A DNA stretch of 64,000 nt from Auanema rhodensis. Lineage: Eukaryota; Animalia; Nematoda. The notes under the pieces were generated by a model. It ran no database searches, had not been told where the DNA came from, and worked only from the letters and a program-made list of their open reading frames with translations. Below, in pieces: positions 40,935 to 48,400 of the stretch. Location of the stretch: contig OZ059899.1 of the NCBI GenBank assembly GCA_964057225.1, positions 10,912,001 through 10,976,000 of the forward strand, written 5' to 3'. The first letter of the stretch is position 1; each line of letters starts with the position of its first letter. Position numbers and translations under genes: made by a program.

Positions 40935-42428
40935 TCGAACTTATCACAATTTTTTTTTCCTTCTCTTTAATGTTTGTGTTGTTAATTCATTTTCAAATTT
41001 CTTTCATCTCTCTTTTTCTCATACCATCTACTCTATGTCTTAACACAATACGGAGGGGCCAACAACGTTAAATGGGAACAGAGGCAAGGAATCCTTTTTT
41101 TTTTAAAGAAGGATTATACGTTTCGAGATTATTATTTTCCCGTTTGTTCACAAAAATTCTTTCGTCTGAACCTTTAAATTTCGTATCCTTGCTTATAACA
41201 TCTGAAATGCTCTGTTACCCAACCTTGAAGCTTGATGAGGGCTTTAGGCTGAATTAGTGAACAAATTCACCTAAAGTAATTGTTATTTCGTATTTCCCAC
41301 GCTTTCTCCTTTTTAAGGATTAATTTTGGCTTCAAGGAAAGAATAACTTCGGTTATATCTTTATATTTCGTGGATGAAGTTTGTTTTGCGATCAGGACTA
41401 TTTTATTTGGCGTTACGATTTCGTTCAGACAAATTTTGCTTCTAACATCCTAAATTTATAATCAGTACGCATGAAAAAAATTACACGGGAAACCTCACCA
41501 AAAAGGGAGGATTGTTAATTTATAGATCGCTATAGTCCGAAAAATCCTGTTGAAAAATGTTATCTCGAATTTGAATCATGATTAACACAGGTCGTGTTGG
41601 CTAAAGCATATCGGTTTGGATTTTCTCCCCTTACTGAATGTCACCTTCCTCATACCGTTATTGTTGTTCAGAAGCATAAGACTCACGCATTGAACCTTAT
41701 TCCAACTTTAATACTAGTTCTTGTAATATTTAGCCATTTAACTCTGCTTTTATTTCAAAATTCGATTTCTGATCACGAAATACCTACATTCATCATTGCG
41801 AAACGCTCTTTTGTAAAACTAATATTACGAATCCCATGACTTTTGTTACAACGAAACATGCGAGCTACACCAAATGTATTTGAAAACCAGATTGTAAAGA
41901 AACAAAAATTATTTTTGGTCACAAAAGAGAAATTGGTGCACATTTATTGTTAAACTGCTCTTTTATCAAAAGCATGTTACGAATTACACCATAAGTTTTG
42001 TTGCAAGATGACACACCACATGGCCGAGAAACTAGTGTAACAAAACATAAGTTTAGTCAGCATGAGGAAAATGGTTGCATACAAATCAGTAAAATGTGCT
42101 GTAATTGAACGAATATTACGAATTACACTAAACGTTTTGTAAAATAACAGCTTGGTCACCCCAGATGTTTTGTGAATCAGATTTTCAACTACAGAGAAAA
42201 TACGGAGAGCACCAGAGTCCCGATATCACACAGTAGAAGGCGGATCCATCGCCATTGGCCAAGGCATCGACCTCATTCTCACAAGTTGTCGATACGACAC
42301 CGGTCGCTCTCCAAAGCCTTTCTCATTTTGCCTACATCCTCATCCTTATTCACCGCATTCTTTAACGTCTCAACATCCCACACGTTACCAAGCACTCAAG
42401 GTTTTTTCAAACCAAGAGTTCTAGCAAG

Positions 42429-45400
42429 GTGGCTAAGAGATTCCATTCAGCCGTACCTATAAGTACGCATTTCGATTCCCAAGACTCAGCTCCCTTTACC
42501 AGAAGTCGAGCTCGAGCTCAAGACGTCGCTATATTAGAAGAGGAGCAGAAAGTCGACAAGAAGCCGGATAATTTCCTTATTCCTACTACTGATTCTGTCT
42601 CACCTACTGAACAACTAGGCGACCCGGACTACGTACCTACTATAGAAGAAGAACTATCAATCATTGTGGAGGAACAAACACCGATCACTCCTAAAAAGGT
42701 ACGCTCCTCTAATTCTAATAAAAATAAGAAAAATCAAAACATCAGCGACGCTTCTCTCTCTCTCTCACTAACTGAACCAACCGATTCCCCTTTACTTTCA
42801 AAAACTTCTAGCGCGGGTGGGCTTAGTTCTCTTAGAAACATTGTTACTGATCTTTTTAACCTTTCGCCTAAAGATAAAACTTTCAACACCAAGCGCAAAA
42901 GCAGATATTCATCAGTCCCTAACATTAATATCTCACCAATTCAACCACCTGCACCAAATACCAGTATTCATCAAACTTCTACTCCCATCTTAACAACAAC
43001 AGACTCACTTCCTAAGGCACCCAATAGACCTATTCCATCCACGCAAACAACCCCTATTTTGGAGACCCCACCAATAACAGGTAGAACGATCAAAATACCA
43101 TCTACCCGTACGAATAACATCATGACGGAAGCTGTTTCCTCACTACCTGGGGCAGGGAAAACAACAATCGCGCAAGCCTTACTTTCGCCTTACTGTCCAA
43201 CTTACGACGGCAGTCGTAACTTCCGTGATTTTACGGGTAAATTCAACTTGTTTGCTAATGCCATTGGCCTTGTTATCCCTGAAAGGTTAGCACTTCTTCC
43301 TTTGCTTCTCAAAAATGAAGCAGCAGAAGAAGCTTACAGACAAGTTCCTGAACAACTTAAAACAACTGGTTCGTGGAATGATCTGATTAGAGCACTAACA
43401 TCGAAGCTCTGCCCTGAATATAACCAAGACCCTGCACTTATTAACCTTCAAAACACCACGCAAGGGGAATTGACAATTGATGCATACGCCCAAGCATTAA
43501 GAACAATGGCATTGAGTGCATTTGCATCTGATGACCCACATAAAGATCAAATACTGAGATCAACATTCCTCAGAGGACTTAAAAATTCTCTAAAACCAGC
43601 TGTGATCCGAGCAAAGCCAAAATCCTTCACAGAAGCGATTGAAGCAGCTCGCTGGGAGGAATCGATAGTGAACCAAACAACAGACACGCAATCGATGTTG
43701 GTCAACGCTGTGAACAAAGCACTAGCACCCTTTGCGCGTAATGATGAGAGACGAGATAGCCAAACATTTAATCGCAATTATCAACGCGATAACCAAATGA
43801 TAAGAAATAATCAAAATTATCAAAATAATCAAAATTATCAAAATTATCAAAAAAATAAAAACTTTTCTAATTTCAATAATAATCGAAACCGTTACGGTTC
43901 TTTCGCTAATAATAATCGCCGTACAAATTATAACGAACAAGATAATAGGCAATCGAGTTCTGATTGGCATCAAAGAAATTATAATTTTCGTCATAACAAC
44001 CAACGAGGTAGATTCAATAACAACAACGGACAAAGAAGAGTTCAATTCAAAAATCCAAGAGACAACTCAAGAGGAAGAGATAGAAGCTCAACAAGAATAA
44101 ACTCGGTCACCCTTTCGCCTTTGACGCTCACAGTTATCATGGCAATAACAGCAGCAATATTCTTGCCCTGTGCATCTACATATCAAATCTGTACAAGAGC
44201 AACAGGAGGCGCATTACTTATGCCACCAACAATCAGAAAATGCAGATTAACAGAGAAAAACCATGTGCTACGTACAGAAGTTCATCTGTACACAAGAAAT
44301 CACACAGCACACGAATGGGATGCGTGGCGTTGTTCAGAGGAAGTACACAAGTTATGCGTACGAGACCTGCTATTCCTCCGCGATACGAACAGAACAATAA
44401 ATAGAATACAGCCCATAGGAGAGCGCGAATGCAGACAGGCGATCCGCGATCGCAAGTGGAATAACATAGAACTGCAACGCATTGATAGTATCACCCAAGC
44501 AACTCCGGAGCCCTCCTATGACCCAGCGCGCGCGTTCAACCGCGACGCGTGCGAGGAGCGGTCACGTCTAATATTAGAGCGCGGAGTCATGACCCGTATG
44601 CCTGACGATACAATATTGTCAAACTTAATATTAAACACGGAAGGATGCAATGCACATCATGGTAATTGTGAATCAAGTACATCAATAATAATATGGGACC
44701 CACAAACCACTGCTTCACGTTGTAATTACATCGATATGCATACATATGACGCTATCATTAGTCAAGATACTATTTTAATCCCTAGTACACAATCGGCACT
44801 TATTCTTTCGAGCAAACCAACTCCGAAACCTATTTCTTCTTGCTTCAGGCAGCCAGCGTTCCATACGACATCAGGAAATTATATCATTCTTCCTAAATTT
44901 CCAAACGACAACAATATAACCACCCTTATTGAAAGAGAGTTCAAAAAGCTGCCGTTTAAAAGACCAAAACGTGCAGTCACCGAAGGATGTTCTTTCCCAC
45001 TGGATCAAGATCGGATCAACGAAGTTGAAGATTATGAAACAGTATTGCTTCACGTCTGTCCATATACTTTCCTAAGACCATTAATGAGTAATCCCGGTAT
45101 TACTTCAATTATTCCTATAATCAAAGGAAGACGTTTAGTAGATCCAACATACTCTCTAAAGGCATGGATAACATCACATAAAGAAAAATTCGAATTTTTC
45201 TTCAGAATTCAAATAAATGAACATTCTGTTCGACATTTTCTCAAGCAATACGATTTCAGTGATAAAGAAGAAGCTCTGCTATATTATATAGCACAAAGAG
45301 AATTAGCCATTACTACAAAGGCAGCAATATCATACTTGACATCTGAACAGCTTCTCGAACAAATATCAGATCGTTTGACAGTAATCGAATTCGATGAAAT

Positions 45401-48400
45401 CATAAGGAAGAAAGAAGGTTCATATCGCGAACGAATTGAAAGCATAGCTCTCAATTTAACCAATACACCAGTTATAATTGAAGAAGGACTGACAGTTCCA
45501 TCACGACAAGAAGTCCTACAAACGTTCATACAAATGCCACCAATAAGGAAACGTATACTAACTGACGAGGAAGAGAAGAAAAGCGAATTCATTAAGGCAA
45601 CGATCAATTTACTAAGAGAACTAAAAACCCTCACAACAGTACGATGGAATAAAACTGCAGCATTTATTGATGACAGAAAATTTATAAAATTGCCAGCATC
45701 ACGACAATTCATGCCAAATACAGATAAACTATTTTATGACAGGAAGAATAATTATGGAATACCGATCGGTCCACACCCTAAGCTGATCAAGCCCAGCAAT
45801 CTTTCAAAGAAATTATTATTGGAAATATTTTTACCCCTGCTCAATAATGTAAAAACACCTTATACATCGAGTAGGATAACACAAGAACAACTTCAAATCT
45901 TAATGGCAGAGAAAAATGAAACAAATTTTCGGCAAATCGCAACGCGGACATCCAGCGTCGCGGCAGGCGGCGCGGCTAGCGTCGCTGCAGGCGGCGCGGC
46001 TAGCGGCGCGGTTGTGACACCAGTCCAACCTTTGATCGAACAGAAGGGAACAATCCAATCAGTTACCACAATACAGCCGCATATAACGAACAATCCTCAC
46101 ACAAATGCAACAACCACCACAAGAGCACCATCATGGAGGCAACAGCCATCAACAACGGCGCCTCACACGACCGCTGCGACAACAGCACGCACAACAACAT
46201 CAACCGCTCGTTCGCCAACAACAACAAGAAGCTATGCCATATACAAAGACGCACAGATTCCAAAAATACAAGAGACAACCGAAGCCTCTCCAACATTGAT
46301 TCGAAAAAACCGAGCTTCCTCAACACCATCAGTAGAAACCTCAAATTTAGTGGAAGCAAATGCGAGATACATAGCAACGAAAATTGACTCGGTACAAGAG
46401 TTTCGTCAAAATATATCGAACAAAATAGCCCAAGATCATTTACAGTATGCTACTACAATGATCCAAGAGGAATTGCAGAAACATTTTGAAGAATCATACG
46501 AATCGATTTGCGAGATACAAAATCGGTATCTGGAATTATGGAAATCAATTCTACAAATTGAACCAACAATCGCAATGCGAACAATACTGGGAAGAGAAGA
46601 TATAGCCGCACGGTTTGTAGGCAATGAAATTTTGCATATACATGTATGCCCTACAGTGCTAGAGAAAACCATTTATCACAATCACACCGTAAATGGCACA
46701 TGCTATCTCGAAACCCCAGTCTGGACACAAGACGGACAGTTACTGTTTGCAGCACCCGGATCCAAGGATCTTTTACCTCATGGTAAAGAAATAAGCTGTG
46801 ATCACGTACCAACAGATATCTGGTCTAGCGAAGGTGAATGGAAAGGAATTAATGGGACTGCAGACGTCAATCTTGTATCAATGTGGGACGGACTTCATCA
46901 CGAAAAAATAACACCATTAAAATTCACCGGAGCTCACTTATACACTAATTTATCGTCTCGTGTATACTCAATGACCACAGCCATAGCTTACGGTGCGAGT
47001 TTAGCATCGATTCGTCAGAATCACGTTCTTCACACAATTCACAATGATCCAAAGATATCAGCTACATTCAGTGTACTAAAGAAAAGTAGCGACTACATAT
47101 CGAAAGCTCAAGAATTCACCAAGAGCACATGGAAGTCATTCATCGATACAATTGCAGGAACGATTGAGCGAACACTAATAACGATCGGTGCAATTACATT
47201 ATTTACCATCATACTCTTTGTGATAGGTTTCATTGTAAAGATCTATTTCTTCAAACCAGTAGGCATACCAGTTATGCATATTGCACTCAAAGATCACGAC
47301 AGTGATCTACCAACATACGAAGAAACTTTGGAATTAGTTAGTCATCCGGATCAACCGATTCCAAGACACATAATGAAACAATACTATCCATCAATGCTCA
47401 CATTCATACCAATCGCACTACCATTAGTTTGCTCGATTTCCAAAAAGAAAGATCAAGCACTACCACTTCTATGGATGACTGTTAATGATAGACTGATCCT
47501 AACTTTATGGGACTCAGGTTCGTCCGTCAGTTACATAAGAATATCGACACTACACTACTTAGCTTTGAATGACTTTGTTAAGAAGAATACATTAAGAGCA
47601 ACAACAGCGAACGGATCAGAATTTGTATTCATTGGTACTATCGACTTAACCGTCGAAATAGCCGGTTACGAAATCGACCATACATTCTTCATATCAGACG
47701 ACAAAGACTGTCCATCGCCAGCGTTGATTGGATTAGATTTCATGAAAACACTTGACTGTCAAAACATTGGCATGAAACTAAGACCATACAAAAGAACACT
47801 GGAAATTGGAAATCATGTAGTACCTTTGGCTAGCGGAATTAACGGGGATATTAACAGGATATCAAAAACTGTTAATTTGATAACCTTGGAGCCGCGGAGT
47901 CTACTTCCTCGACAAGTTTTTAATTTCCAAGTCCAATTAGAGAACCCAATCGGAGAAGACTTAATCGCTATGATTAAACCAAACGACAATACTCCTCTCT
48001 CACCTCGATACGACACAGCATTTCGCGATGTTAACTCCATCAATATCCAATTCCGGAACAATTCTAAAGAATTCATAGAAATACCGGCCGGCACTGTGAT
48101 TGCAGAAGCCGAAATAGGATCTATACCGGACTATGAAATCTTCTCAACAGAACAACAGTACGACTATATTCCACCAGAAGCAGACTGGGAAGGCAAATTA
48201 CCTCACTTCCCTGGTGATTTCATGAAAGAACTTGACCTAAAAGAGGCTGATCTTACGCAACGACAAAAAGACGAACTACGAAACATCATTCGTCAACGTA
48301 AGAAGGCATTCCTCAATGAAGATAAAAAGATAGGATTGTTCAAAGGACCAGTAGAACACAAGATACCACTACGAACGGATATGGATATGCCAAAGCCACG

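Noticed and set aside
43137-43166. Walker A-like SLPGAGKTT at the start of Gag
   Set aside because: The first G/A of GxxxxGKT is missing, there is no preceding beta strand or Walker B, and it lies in capsid context.
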